Part shown: positions 11,419 through 24,800 of the stretch, in pieces
How positions within the stretch are numbered: position 1 is the first letter of the stretch
How the letters are laid out: each line of letters begins with the position of its first letter
Assembly (NCBI GenBank): GCA_040954595.2
Contig: CM082579.2
Coordinates: 6,995,625 to 7,059,624, forward strand
Source: Balanoglossus misakiensis
Taxonomy: Eukaryota; Animalia; Hemichordata
Reading direction: 5' to 3'
Length of the DNA: 64,000 nucleotides
Notes under the pieces: generated by a model
The model's database searches: none
Seen by the model: the letters and a program-made list of their open reading frames with translations, nothing else
Told to the model about the DNA's origin: nothing
Made by a program: the position numbers and the translations under genes

Positions 11419-14400
11419 ATGCTGGCTCCGAAGAAAGTCCAATCTTGTGGCAAGGGGCATTATAAAATGTTCCTAAATAAGCAGAGAAGTGCTCTGCAAG
11501 TCAGGTACCCATTCCTTACACCACAACAAATCACCAGTAAAGTGAAGACAATGTGGCAGTCCATGTCTGCTGAGAGAAAGGAGAGAGCCATCCAACAGCT
11601 GTCAAGCATGTGAGTTGATACAGTAACAAAATCAGAAGTTGAAAGGAGATTATGCTATATTATTTTACACAATTTTCAAATCAAGATGAAATCACCCATC
11701 AGCATAGAAATAAGATTCGAGAACATCATAAGTCAAGAGTAAGTAGCCTAGTATTTGCTTTGGTTTAGTACATATTCTCATTGGGGGGGGGGGGGGGGAT
11801 ACCCAAACGGGGCGATTCCCTTTAAGGGGGAAACGTCCAGAAAAGGCAATAGACTGGTTTCACTTCAGTCAATAACATTTTGTGGTGTTGTGAATCAACA
11901 GCCACTCACCTCTGAAGAATTTATTCAAGAAGAGAGCAGTGACAGAAGGCTCCGAGAAGAAATTATCTGAGAACAGCCAATCAGACAGCAAAAATTCAAC
12001 ACCACGCGTCAAGACTCCCACTCAGACGTTCCGATATGGGCGAATGAAGAAGCTGACCACTGCCCAGATTTCCAAGGCATTTGCCACCCATGGTATTCTT
12101 GTTGAAAGGTATGATGATAGTCATGAAATGCAGCTTGGGAAAATGTTAGTCATATTAGATTACAACATTTGGGTGTGACATCATTGCATAAAAGAATTGA
12201 TGAGTGTAATTGTTCTTTAAAAAAATGGTTCCATCAATCTCTTATGCTATACCAGGGTGTTATATCGGTTCTTTGCTTTTTTTATTGCTTGTGCTACCAA
12301 CAAACCTCAGCGTGTGAAACCTTTTGCAACAGACACTTCTCTCTTTTTCACAACCAGAAAAGGGAAAGAAAAGAAATGTGTCCAGCGAGTGAGTTTCAAT
12401 GATCTGAATGACGGACAAAATCCATCATGGCAGAAGAAACATGAAATGTGCCTGGAATCGGACAGCAGATCTGAGAGTGAAGATGAACTACCATTGAAAT
12501 GCAAAAATGGTGAGAAGGGAAATAGTGGCCACTCCCAGACAGTGCAAGACTGCAACGTGGAGGAATATGCATTTTCTGATGAATCGGAATGCATAGACGT
12601 CGGGAAAGCCAAAAGTGGCGCGATCGAAAAAAATTCTACCAGGCAAGGAGAGCGAACCTCACAGTCAGGTCTTCGGAGCCCCAGACTTCTTACACCGATG
12701 CAGAAAAGAAGCCGGCCGAGACAAAGTCAAAGTCAAAGTTTGCTGTCGAAACATGGTAGAGATGATGGCAGACAAGAATATATGGCCTCTCCCCCGAGTG
12801 CTGGAATGAAAGCACCAAGAAGGAGTTCGAGAATCAAGTCAAGAAACAGTGTACTAGCTGTTGCGAGCGAAACTCCAAGTCTGACGGTGGGAAGATGTGC
12901 AGATCAGAAACACTGCGACAAGTTTCCAGACGTCGTTGAATTCAACAACAACTCTGTTTTCGTCGGCGATTGCAGAGGCGGAAAAGGGCAAGGGAACAAC
13001 TCGTCAACTGTCGGAGTTGAAGACAGCCCAGGAAGTGCGAAGAAACCAAGAATACGGCGTTATACACGTCGCGCAGGATGTGAATCGCCATCTGGGATTG
13101 GTGGTCGTCAAGAAAGACAAACAAGTGACAATCTGGACAAGTTTTGTGAAAGCAGTCACATCTATGATGTTGAGAGCGAGCTGAACAGGAGAGAGTTATA
13201 TAATGATGAGGTGACTTTCAGCGAGTTTGGTCACGTTGGATTACAGCCTTGCCGCACTGCAGCACAAAAGCAGAAGGGAAAAAATAGGGAGAAAATTGTA
13301 CCCCGAGAAACTAGCATGCAGCACTATGACCTCGAGAGTGAGATTAACGGAATGGAGGTCTTTGGAGAGGAACGATCGAAAGCCGCTGCGAGAAAGAAAG
13401 TTGTCAAGCGCAGGAAGCCATGTGGTGGTGATTATGATGGGAACGACAACCAGAACAATAACTCAGCTGTAGCAGACAAGCGTTACACATTTTGTGATTC
13501 GGACAGTGATGACAACATGGAGGTGGCGGTTGAACAAATGCAGCGTGTGCTCAGACAACGCAGTGAAAACACAGATGGGAGAGTTGTCAACGGCAACACC
13601 AGCAGCATTGTGCCCAGATGCTGGGATGGTGACTCAGAGAGCTCAGACGAGTATTTGCAGGGCTTCCACTGTGATTCTGGGTCCTCCTCTACTGCAGATG
13701 CCACTGGTGTTCGCCAGAATGATGGCAGCTATGACGAGTATGACGACGATGAGTGGGGTCTTGGCTCCCAAAGTTCCGATCACCTGGTCAAGCGCAGAGA
13801 AAGCTCACCAGTGTCTAGTGATTGGAAGACACCCGCTGATCAGACAATGCCGAGTCCCACTTTTTCAAGTCTGTCTCTTGGAAGTGTTGCGTCGAGTGCC
13901 AAGTCACCACTGTCCTCCCAGACACCAGTGTCTCCAAGTTTCTCTGGTGTATCCGAAGTAAGTTCACTACTTTCTTAAAACCCCAACAGCTGCCACTTAA
14001 GATTAAGAATGAAAGTGTAAGGTCTTGCTGAGTACACATGGCATTGGTAGATTTTATAACCTTGAGTTTTCTCATTTCTCTTCCAATATACAGATATCCA
14101 GTCTTGAAAGTGGCCTGAGTACTCTCTTATCAGTGGATGCCAAACTTGAAGACCAGGGCAGAGAAAGTGCCACGTTCGACCAGGAAGAGAACAAAGAAAA
14201 CAATCCCGATAATGAAATGTTTGCAGAAGATGGTGACAGTGAGGATTTATGCAAACGCTCTCCTATGACAGATAACGTAAGTTTGTAAGAATCCAGCTAT
14301 GAACATGCTAACATGTAGCAGCTCAGTACATGCTTTTGCTATACCCTTCAACCTTTGTTTTATAAGATTAACTATCTCCCAAAGGGTATAAATTTGCATT

Positions 14401-14983
14401 TTAATGTAACACAATTATCTCATTGTAGATAGTGTATGAAAATCAAAATGGCAACTAAATTCTGTGGCTTATTGGGGCGTTTTTTTAGGGGGGAGGGTGG
14501 ATTGTAAAGTATTTTTCATGGCAATTCAGTAAGTATACATGGCATGCTTCATCCACAGGGTGATTATTGTCAATCAGAGTCAGAAGATTCTCCCGTCTGG
14601 CAAAAGCAGAGAGCACCAGTGACATCACATTTATTCAAAAGGGTCACACCACCTCAGAATGAACAATGTGGATCTCCATCAACTCGAAGGTGATGGAAGT
14701 GAAATTTAAAATAAACACTTTAGGTCAATTGTTGATGATTAGATTATTGTGTGTTATTGCCAGGTGCTGTATGTCACACTAGGGAGTATGCAGATGAAAT
14801 CCAGTTAGTCTTTAAATTTCATGTGTTTTTAACAACCAAGCTTCCTACGTTTGAATTTATTCCAGATTTTACTCATTTTGGCCATATTTTCTATTTCCCT
14901 ACAGGGTGGTAGCAAGTTCCTCAGTGGAAGGGAAGGCAAATTTCAATCATCTCTTTTCAGACGATGACGATATCTTCCTGTAG
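11419..14983 (+). CDS. Uncharacterised protein: N-terminal HMG-box-like helical segment followed by a long Ser/charged disordered region; 6 coding exons
   Basis: Exons 11419-11609, 11902-12108, 12358-13957, 14094-14276, 14559-14689 and 14905-14983 join in frame at GT-AG junctions. 'YKMFLNKQRSALQVRYPFLTPQQITSKVKTMWQSMSAERKE' follows the HMG-box pattern (Y..F....R.......P......I.K.....W..LS.E.K). Confidence 0.8.
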
Positions 14984-15643
14984 GTCTACACTCCCTTTAC
15001 ATGTAGATGGGTTGGATAAATCATTCTGAAAGCTGAAAAAAATTCCACTTCCGTTTTGACTTGATCGTTTATCGTTAGAACTTTGCTATTTTCAGATTTT
15101 TCCAGAAAACTTGATAGTTGACAGTTTGAATGTTTTTAAAACTGATTATCTTCAAATAAATTATGATAAATTAAATCTGGGATTCGAATTTTGGCCATGA
15201 ATCATAAAGATCTTTGCCCTTTAAAAATCCAGAATCATTCTGTAGTTGTATTTGCATTTTACATGTTGAATAAAATCTTCATGTCACCTATATCAGTGGG
15301 GCTATTCTTGCTTTGGAAATAGAGAGAAGGGGACATGATTTGAATTTTTGTAAACTCTACAGGACAGCATGCTAGCATACAATGAAACAGCTTAAAGTTG
15401 CAGCTCATGTCCTCTTATGTGAATTTGCACCATAAAATGTAGCTAAACTTCCCTCACTCTTCATGAAGAAAAGATGTTGATCATGCATGTGCTTCAGTTT
15501 CATCCACAGGCCCTTACCGCAATTACAGTGAAAGGTACTTTTGAAAACGTTTATTTTCATATTTTCACAAGATAAAATGAGATTTCATGAATGGTTTCAC
15601 TGATCACACAAGTTATCCATATATAAAAGTTTTACAGGTAATA

Positions 15644-15812
15644 CACTCAAACACGTGTTTGTGGCCACCTCTATATAGCACCCACCTGTATACAGTGGCC
15701 ACTATGTTATAGTCCCTGTGCAGTTTACATGTTCATTAATTGACCTGTCTATAAAGGCCATCTGTCTTTAAAGGTCAGTCCCTTGACTGGCCACTATAGA
15801 CAGGTTCGACTG
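15644..15812. mobile_element. Degenerate Tc1/mariner-pogo-type MITE
   Basis: TA-flanked. The right end reads TA-CAGTCGAACCTGTCTATAGTGGCCA on the minus strand and the left end is a diverged TA-CACTCAAACACGTGTTTGTGGCCAC. Internal subrepeats of 'ggccacctgtctata'. Confidence 0.6.
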
Positions 15813-16556
15813 TATAAATATTCAGACATTTATATGATCCCACAACCATCACAACAGGACATAGACAAACCTACCTGAGTTTTGTTATTAAACATGAAGT
15901 GAAATGTCTATAACTTTGCTGTACACACTTGGGACAAAATCTCGAAAAAACTTGTGTGAACATTTGATATCCTTGAAATTCTCCAGATAAAGAATAATGT
16001 GTCAAAAGTTTTATAATGTGAATTATTATTATCTTCCTTTAAAAAGGCCCATATTTGTTATGGGTGTTTCTATATAATAGATATAAGCAATAGAACTTTG
16101 CACATGGAACTTTTTAAAGGGAAACAAAAGGTCAGCTATGCATAACATAACCCCTATTAATAAGTTATAATTTCAAAACTAGTAAATCTTCAAAAAGCAG
16201 GTTTCGCAAAAGGAAAAGAAGAGAAAAATGATAAAAAACTTTCTTTTGAACTGTTGAGAACCCATACATCTGACTGACAGACAACAACCACACTGATTTT
16301 TTGAGCGTTCAAAAGTTGAATGTAATGAACCCAAGAGGGCGCTCCTCAAGTATGTAATTTGACCGGCATGTTGTTATTTCCAGTCGAGATGTACCAGCAC
16401 TTTGCTTTCACAAACCAGTCGATACAAAGATTCTCTTTCATAACCAGGTCCAGTCACTGACAGAGAATGAAAGGTACCTCAGACTTGCATGTAGAAACGA
16501 ATCTTGAACAAATAAAGGGCATACGATGGAACAAAAAAAAATCAAGAAGCAGAGAC

Positions 16557-17938
16557 TCATTTTTTGGACCCGCCAAAGCCTGAGAAACCCATCATGGCCA
16601 TCATATCGGGATCTGCACTGTAACTCAAGTCATCTGTGGCTTTCCGTTTTCTCTCTTTCCTCATTTCTTTTCTGTATGCTTTCTGTTTTTCTTCCTGCAA
16701 AAAAAAATCAATAGCAACAAGGGTGAATGAAGTTTCTCAGACTTCAAGCCTTGACAACATTTACTTGAGTGGTTCAAGTTTACTTGTCAAAGGAATAATT
16801 AAAAATTATAAAGTTGCCTATTTCCTGTCAAATTAAAATGAACCAACAACTCACTTCTTCTCGAAGTTCTTCCATTCTCTGTTCAAAGTCATATTCTTTC
16901 TTCTTTTCTTCTAGTTTTTTCTTGTTGAGTTCAAATCTCTTTTTGACTTGATCGAGCGACGACCGCTCCACTCTCATGGACATCCCCAGATTTCTTTGAT
17001 CTGTGAAGCACATCAGCAGTAATGGTGAACAGAGATGAACAGATTGAGATGTCTTCTGATGCATCATTGGTATACACACATGCATGTCTGACCATGTTTA
17101 AGCACATTGCTCTATGAAACTTAAACAGAGTGTTTCCTTGTCTCACTTCAACTGTTCTATCTACATAGCTTCTGCGAAATTAATGAACAAACTAAAAATA
17201 ACTTACGCTTCTTTCCATTGATGTGGTCCAAAAAGTTGATGGAATCTTTGACAACACAGTCGCACACATTGCAATAGTAGCCCCCTTGTTGTGAGGATGG
17301 AGTAGTTTTTGTGATCACCTGAGATTTACCAAGTTTGGATTCAAGATCTACTTTGTACTCTCTCTGCTTCAGAAACTCTCTCCGCACCGGTGGCTCCTTT
17401 TTGCCCTTTTCTGAAACAAGAAGTGTTGCATGCTCGTTGTCATACCTTTCCAAGATCAAGTGAATGTCGCAAGATTGTTCATCTCTGTTTCTGAATAACA
17501 TACATGTGACTACATCTTACAAAAGATTTCCATTTCCTAATGAGTACCTTTCTCATTTTTTTCACTTTCTTCTTTGTCTAATCTGTCCTTGGCCAACTTC
17601 TCGTATTCGTCTCTGTCCCATTTCTTACGATGATCGTCAGGTTTCTGTAAACAAACAATAATTTCTTTATGTTAGGTCAATGTGCACGATAGGACAGTGT
17701 GTGTCTTACGGCTATGAAGCCTTGAAGGGTCGTGTTTACGACGGGATAACTTGGGTAAGGAACCCTAATTGCGGGATAAAAGGATCAATCAGCAAGTTAC
17801 CGGCAACCTGTTTGCACGACATGAGAACTAATCGGCACTCTACACAAAGCGCTGTGGATGAAAGTAGAATAATCGGTGCCACAAACGGAAAGATTACTGA
17901 CAATATTCCGCAAACCTTACCGCATTATATGCCGCCAT
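16557..17938 (-). CDS. ZMAT2: Zinc finger matrin-type protein 2 (Snu23, U4/U6.U5 tri-snRNP component), 5 coding exons
   Basis: Exons 17938-17921, 17644-17548, ~17410-17206, ~17020-16856 and ~16695-16557. Sequence [11 protein letters not shown]...[17 protein letters not shown]...[48 protein letters not shown]...MGFSGFG is highly characteristic. Confidence 0.97.
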
Positions 17939-18084
17939 TTTGAAATTTATTTACGACCCCCTAGGTGAGGTATTTGCATCGTTTCTGTGCACCCTAGGTC
18001 GGGCAATATTAATAGCCTGTGTCAAAGGTTACGGGTTCAGAAGTTCGTGCGCACAGGATCATGGGTGAAAAAGTACGATCCAAA
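17939..18084. promoter_or_regulatory. Compact bidirectional promoter between ZMAT2 and the zinc-finger gene
   Basis: About 145 bp separate two divergent AAAATGGCGG (YY1-type) motifs, with two CCCTAGGT copies between them. The + strand non-coding exon has its donor at ~18176. Confidence 0.65.
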
Positions 18085-18472
18085 ATGGCGGACTTGTAGT
18101 GAGAGGGTGGGGAATATTAGCTGGCAGAGATATATCGCGTATAATATAAAACGTTTAAATTAAATAGAGAGACAGGGTAAGGATCTGAAAAATTAAGGTA
18201 TTCCTGATGAGTCGATGTAGCTTTTTTTTACCTTAACGTTTTATTCCTTTGGTTTTAAGCTTCTCGCCGGTTTTCGATTTTCATTTCATATTTCTATGTT
18301 CCTTTCTTTTACCAAAGCTCGGCCTTCTTCGCCCTCTCACTGTGGACATTTTGCGTCCTCGGAAAGACGACCCGTGCGACACTGAGGGCACATGTGGCGA
18401 ATTCATCTCCTGCTGGACTTGGCACTTCTCTTTAGAGGATATCGAGATTAGCATCTGATATCAGAACAAGGG

Positions 18473-21285
18473 ATGACGGAACCGACAAAAGATGCTGCAG
18501 ATGCGGGGAAGATGGGCGAAGAAAAGGAAATGGACTGCGGCGTAATTAATCAACGCCGTGGCAGGGGTCGCCCAAGGAAACAGGAGTGGGAAAAGTTCGA
18601 CCGTGCTGCCTATGATCGCAACCGCAGGCGGACAAATGTTACTTTTTCGGAAGAAGTTTTCCTCAAATGGAAGGCGGCGAAAACACTAGTGAAGGCAAGG
18701 TCAAACGACGAATTCGCATTGTGTCTTCTTGAACTTCTCAATATGGAGCTTCAAAAGACCAGGTGAGTTGTAGTATGATACTAGTGTAAGCAGTACAAGT
18801 ATACATTACAGGGAGCAAAACTGCGATGTATGCTAACAAAACTAGTAAACTTGAATACAATAGTTTCTGATTTTAGTTAGCAGAACTGGACATTACTGGC
18901 TACCCCTGTTATCACTTGCACCAGTGAATGTATTCTGAAACATTGTTTATACTCAGTGTTGATGATGTATTACATTTAATTTGATATTTTCAGGCGCGGA
19001 AAAATAGCATCCCAATCTCTTCTCAATGAAGATAGCAGCCGATCATCGAAGTTATCTGCAAAGCCACCTATGCAGTCAACACCGGCAATGCAACCTGTGC
19101 CGGCAAGAATAACTTTAGTACAGTCTGTACCCTCAACATCATCTGCAGTACAGTCTGTGCCAACAAAATTATCTGCAGTACATTCTTCAACAACTTCATC
19201 GGCAATGCAGTCGGTGCCTGCAAAAATATCCATAGTACAAACTTTGCCGTGTACGTCATCTGCAACATTAACACAGTCTGTGCCAGCGGGATTATCCACA
19301 GTACAGTCTGTATCATCAAAGTCGTCTGCAATGCAGTCTGTTGTGTTGACACCACTGGTAGTGCAGTCTAGAATGCCAACACCTGTTGCAGTACCAGTGC
19401 AGTACGTACAGTCTGCATCATCTGGACTGCAGACTATACTACCAAAACCAATGGCAGTGCAGTCTGCACCGTCATTTTACATAACCGGGTAAGAAGACCA
19501 TTTTCTTGCATTCTGTTTAAAATAACTTCAAAGTAATAATGTAAACAGTACCCAGAAATGGAAATATGCTATATATCCCAAATTTTGTTTTGTTTTTCCC
19601 TTAGAACTAAAGACAGTGCTGTTGAAAACAGAGGTATCGTGATCAATCCGAGTGCAGTTGTCCAGGTTTCACCACAGCCGAGTGGAGTCGTCCAGGTTTC
19701 ATCGAAAGGCGTCACACCAGATGAGAAGTCCTCTGCTAAAACTGAGACTGCAGCCGTGGACAAGCCGTCAGCTAGAGATACTAGTCAGCAAGGTGGTGAA
19801 ATGATGGGAGGCAGTAAAGAGAAGCCAGCAGGCTGGAAGACAGTCAGCAGTGTACAGCTGTTTGATGGCAAACAAGGTGAGGAGGGAAGATGGGCAAATG
19901 TAGTGGTGAAGACGGAACCTTGGTGTGACGACTACGATGACCAATCGCAGGCCGAAGGACGTGGCCTAGAGAAGGACGATGGAAAGTCTGTGGGTGAGGA
20001 TTCGGTGTCTGAGGATGAGGCCAAAAATGAAGAAGTAGAAATGAAAGATGAGTTGAGCTTTGATGTGAAGGGTTCGTCCGAGGGTGAAGAGCAAAGGAAA
20101 GAGGACAGTGCTGGTTGCCCAGGTGCCACAGACAATGAAGATGACGATGATGATGATGATGCCATGAGTGTTGATGATGATGACAGTGGTGACAATGTTG
20201 TAGTTTTAGGTGATGATGATGAGGATGATGATGATGATTACGATGGCGATGATGACAATGATGGTAAAACAAGTGAAAGTTTGGATTCTGTTAACGAAGG
20301 TCCTGAGGATCTTGAGAAGGACCTAGATGAGACAACTATTGATTGTATGTTGTCCAATGAAAGAGACTCGTATCACCACCTGCCAAAGGGTTTCTTTGGG
20401 TGTAAGAGATGTGAAAATGTCTATCGAACGCGTAGTAAGAGAAAACTACTTGAACATCTGCTGTTGCATAAAGATAAGAACGAACTCTTCATTTGTGCCG
20501 AATGTGGGTTTGTTGCCACCACTAAGCTGCGACTCAACAGACATCAAATCAAACACGGTCCTAGGAAATTCCAGTGCAGCGAGTGCCCCTACTCAACTTA
20601 CCTGCAGTTCCTTTTGAATAACCACAAAGTCAGGTGCCACACCCCGGATTCCGAAAAGCGGTACATCTGTTTGTGGAAAGACTGCAACCGGAAATACGCG
20701 TTGGAAGGCGATCTGAAGGTCCACTCTCGGGCGCATACTCTGGAGTCGGTGTGCCACATCTGCGGACAGACGGGCAGCGTGACGTTCCTGGCGGGACACA
20801 TGGCCCGAGAGCACGGTGGCAAGCCGGCCGGCGGGGACGCGGCGGCAGCGCCCAAGATTCTCTGCGACTTGTGCGGCAGGCAGTACTCGTCCAAGAGCCA
20901 CGTGGCGTACGAGCGGCACATGATGAACCATTACAACAACAAGCCCTACAAGTGCCGCTTCTGCACGAAGGGCTTCGTGTGCCAGAAGTTCTTGCAGGAG
21001 CACGAGCGAATTCACACGGGCGAAAAACCCTTCAGGTGTCAGCTGTGCGAGTTGGCGTTCGCCAAGAAGGCGCAGCTGACCTCCCACGAGCGCACGCATA
21101 CCGGGGAGAAACCTTACAAGTGCCGAGATTGCAAGTACGAGAGTACGTGGAACATTCAGCTGAGGCACCACGCCAAGGCGCACGGATCGCCCACAGAGGT
21201 CTCCTGTCAGCTCTGTCAAATTTCCTTCATCAGTCAGAAAGCGTTGAATATTCACAATAAGAAACATCACCGCAGCACAGAATAA
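18473..21285 (+). CDS. AT-hook plus multi-C2H2 zinc-finger protein with a ZNF653/ZNF692-like N-terminal module; 3 coding exons
   Basis: Exons 18473-18762, 18994-19488 and 19604-21285. RRGRGRPRK AT-hook; a helical module (YDRNRRRTNV...WKAAK...SNDEFALCLLE); an S/T-rich repeat; VKTEP SUMO consensus; an acidic tract; about 10 C2H2 fingers with TGEKP linkers. Confidence 0.9.
19070..19350 (+). repeat. Coding minisatellite (~30-bp units, ~60-bp higher order) encoding (A/V)(M/V)QSVPxxxS repeats
   Basis: Recurrent gcagtacagtctgtgccaacaaaattatct-like units. This also explains the open antisense ORFs at 18976-19355. Confidence 0.8.
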
Positions 21286-21817
21286 CCTTGTCCACTTACA
21301 AGCCTTATAACTTACATGTTATGCCAGCCTACACAATCCTCTGTGTTTTTGTAGGAAACAAAATTCCCTTGTAGAAGCAAATGAAGTAGACGCGATACTG
21401 CTATAGCAAAAATGTCAACAACAATTTACAGACAAGCTTTGTCATGCAAGCAGTCTTTTATGTCATTGTGTATAAAGGTGGTATAAATGTATGTGTGGTG
21501 TTTTATTAATCTACCAAAGTAAAGTGCAAAACATAGAACTTATTAAACTCTAAATACTCAGGGGTATAATCCCTAAAAGAGTGGTCTACTGTACCGTGCA
21601 ACCAAGCTGTAATCTATTGTACACTCTGACTCATTCTTATTTCACAGACAGCTGTAAAGTTGAATATTTATTTAATTCCACTCCATCCCAAGAATTGAAC
21701 AGAAGTGAATAAATTTGGTTCTGGATAAAGTTGTTGATATCAGTGTGTTTCTTATGGTTGCATTACGTGGTTCAAGGGTCAATGATCTAGTTTCCCAGGA
21801 TTCCATGCGAATGCAAG

Positions 21818-24800
21818 ATGGCGGCGCCCATGAGAGTTGTGCGGGTTTCGACCGCAACCCCGATTTTATCAGTAATATCGCGTGATTTCTGTCATTCTTG
21901 TCGGCTGCTCCGGAAAGAAAAAACACGAAAGCAAGAAGAGAGGTAGGAACATACCAATACTGTTATCGGTGTACTTATAGGCCATGATCGCCATCATAAT
22001 CGGAGTTCAGTCATGTTCGATAGCTCTGCGCGGTCGCTAGGGGGCAGCATCACAGCCATGTTACATATAGAACCCCACAGTTGATACCCTGGATAACAAT
22101 CCCCCCCCCCCCCCCCCAAATCCTAAAGTTGTAATTACTGGGGCTTTACTAGTAACTGAGAGTTACTGATGTAGGTTGCAACCACTTTTCTTTTCCACAG
22201 TGTACTGTCAAATCATCAGAAAACAGAATGGCAGGCTATGGTTGGTTTAGAAATCCACGCACAGATCGCATCCAAGTCCAAACTGTTTTCCGGATCTCAA
22301 GTACAGTTTTCAGCTCCACCAAACTCTCTGGTCTCATTCTTTGATGCGTCCTTGCCCGGTACCTTGCCAGTATGTAATATATTTCTGTTGACTCAACCTA
22401 TGATGCACCAACATTGCCTGTGTCGGGTGCATAAAATAAAACAGGGACAAATGCACAAAAGGCAAGGCTGTCATTCACAATAAAAGAGATGCAATTCTAA
22501 AACAGAGGAATATCATCTGACAGGGATGGAGAAGACTGTTTTCTTTAGAATGGATACTCATGCTAACTTTAATGCTTTCAAATTACTGTGAGAACAGATT
22601 TATATTTGTTTGTTTCAGGTTCTTAATAAATATTGTGTGGAAGCTGGTGTGCTGACAGCTCTGGCATTGAAAGGCAAAGTGAATAAAGTGTCTTACTTTG
22701 ACAGAAAACATTACTTCTATGCTGATTTGCCGGTAAGCACAGGGACCGCACAACAAGGAATAACTGACAGCACATATATCTGTAGCTATTGTTGTCCTAA
22801 TTCAACTCTGCACAAAAGTCCAGTTCTTGGCCATATTGCCTATGCATATACATATGAATTATTGTATTGGGAAGCCTGATATTGATAATGGGCATATTTT
22901 AGTTTCCTTCAGTGAATTCAAAATTCTGGTACGTCAAAAGGGTCATAAGCAAACACATTGTCTTGCTTGTTACAGACTGGCTACCAGATCACACAACAAA
23001 GGGTCCCCTTGGCAACAGACGGTCAAATAGAGTTTTCAGTTTTTGACCCGAACAGCAAAACAGAGCCAGTCAAGAAAACTGTGCGACTAATACAGGTACA
23101 ACTCGAACATGACAGTGGGAAGAGTCTCCATGACGATGAGAATCTTGAAACACTTGTGGATTTAAATAGATCAGGTTTGTATTATAATACTAGTGTGTCC
23201 ATGTGAAATAATCAATGCCCATAAAACATGTTTGAAAATTTTACAAAATAATGTCATTGATTTCAAACCCTGACAGGTGTCGGATTGATGGAAATAGTAA
23301 CGCAGCCAGACATGTGCAGTGGTGCTGAAGCAGCTGCCATGGTGAGAGAACTGCAGCTGATTTTGCAGTACATTGGGACATGTGACGGCAGAATGGATGG
23401 TAAGTTTATGCCTGTGGTGAAGAATTTGGGAAGGGAGATATTGTCTCAATAATCTTATCCTGTTCTGTATGGCAAGTTAGTAGTATACTACAGTAAAATA
23501 GGAAATTTTCGCGAATGATAAATTTTCGCAAACATCGTGACAGCCCAAAAAAACCCGCAAAAATAAGAAGTCACGTAAAATGTTTTGCACATGAACCACA
23601 TAGTTCAGCAGATTTTATGTTTCTTTATGTAGAGGGCTCCCTCCGTGTTGATGCCAACATTTCCGTCAACCGACCTGGAGATCCTCCGGGCACTCGGACA
23701 GAGGTGAAAAACATAAACAGTGCTCGCTTTGTGAAGATTGCTATTGGTGAGGATGATAAGGCATATGTTATTTTTAAATGAAATAGATCAGTACTTTTAT
23801 ATGACTTATTTATTTTTGACTTATCCTCTGTCAGTTAAAACATACCCCTACCCTTCATAAATTGCAGATCATGAGATTAATAGACACATTCAAGTTTTAG
23901 AAAGTAATGGTCGAGTTTACCACGAAACCAGGTCATTTGACTTCAGACTTGGGTAAGTCGTAACATTTACTGAATTGATTGCAATGATGTATATGCTCTA
24001 TGATTGGCGGTCTATCAATGAGATAGGTTCTAGTACATTTCATCTAATTACATATTACCCCCCTGCAGTAAGACGGTACCAATGAGGGCCAAGGAAGGCT
24101 TTTCAGACTACCGTTTCATGCCCGAACCCAATCTGCCGCCCCTGGTTTTATACGACAACAAGACCATCGGCAGAGCACAGTCGGTGAATAACGCCGTCAA
24201 TATCGACACCCTGAAGCACAGTCTGCCGGAACTTCCTGAGGAACGACGGCAACGGCTGATGAAGAATTATGGAATTACTCTGAAGCAGAGTTTGATTTTG
24301 ATGGTGAGTGTTTTTAAGGTAGTATACACCTCAAGTACTATAGATGCCTTGCATTTGTGTTACAGTAGTTGGCAATATATTTTATTAATTTATGGAGTTC
24401 ATGCATTTTTTTCACAGCATGAGGATGGCCTTGTGGAATATTTTGAGAGGGTGGCCCAGGAGCGAGCTGGCAGAGATCCCATCAAAGTGGCCAACTGGAT
24501 CATCACAATTCTGCTGAAAGAATTCAATGAACGTGCAATTCTGGTCAAAGACAGGTGCGCATATAATCATATGGTTATTACGTGGATGTATACATAGTAT
24601 ATATAATAGACTCATTATGGCAATGAATTCCCAGCGTCCTAGATAGCCAAGGGGGTCAATTGTTGAAATATGGTCACCCTCTCTCTCTCTCTCTGCAGTC
24701 CCATCTCAGCACAGACTCTTGGTGAACTAATCGATCTAATGGAAGACGGAACCATTTCTGTCAGCACCGGCAAGAGAATGATGCCATTGCTGTTTAATGG

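Noticed and set aside
20593-21270. Long antisense and alternative-frame ORFs (225 aa, 208 aa) over the zinc-finger exon
   Set aside because: Shadow ORFs caused by high GC3 codon usage; no recognisable domains.
23487-23580. tactacagtaaaataggaaattttcgcg..., resembling a MITE end in a GATB intron
   Set aside because: Only one terminus is recognisable, so boundaries cannot be supported.
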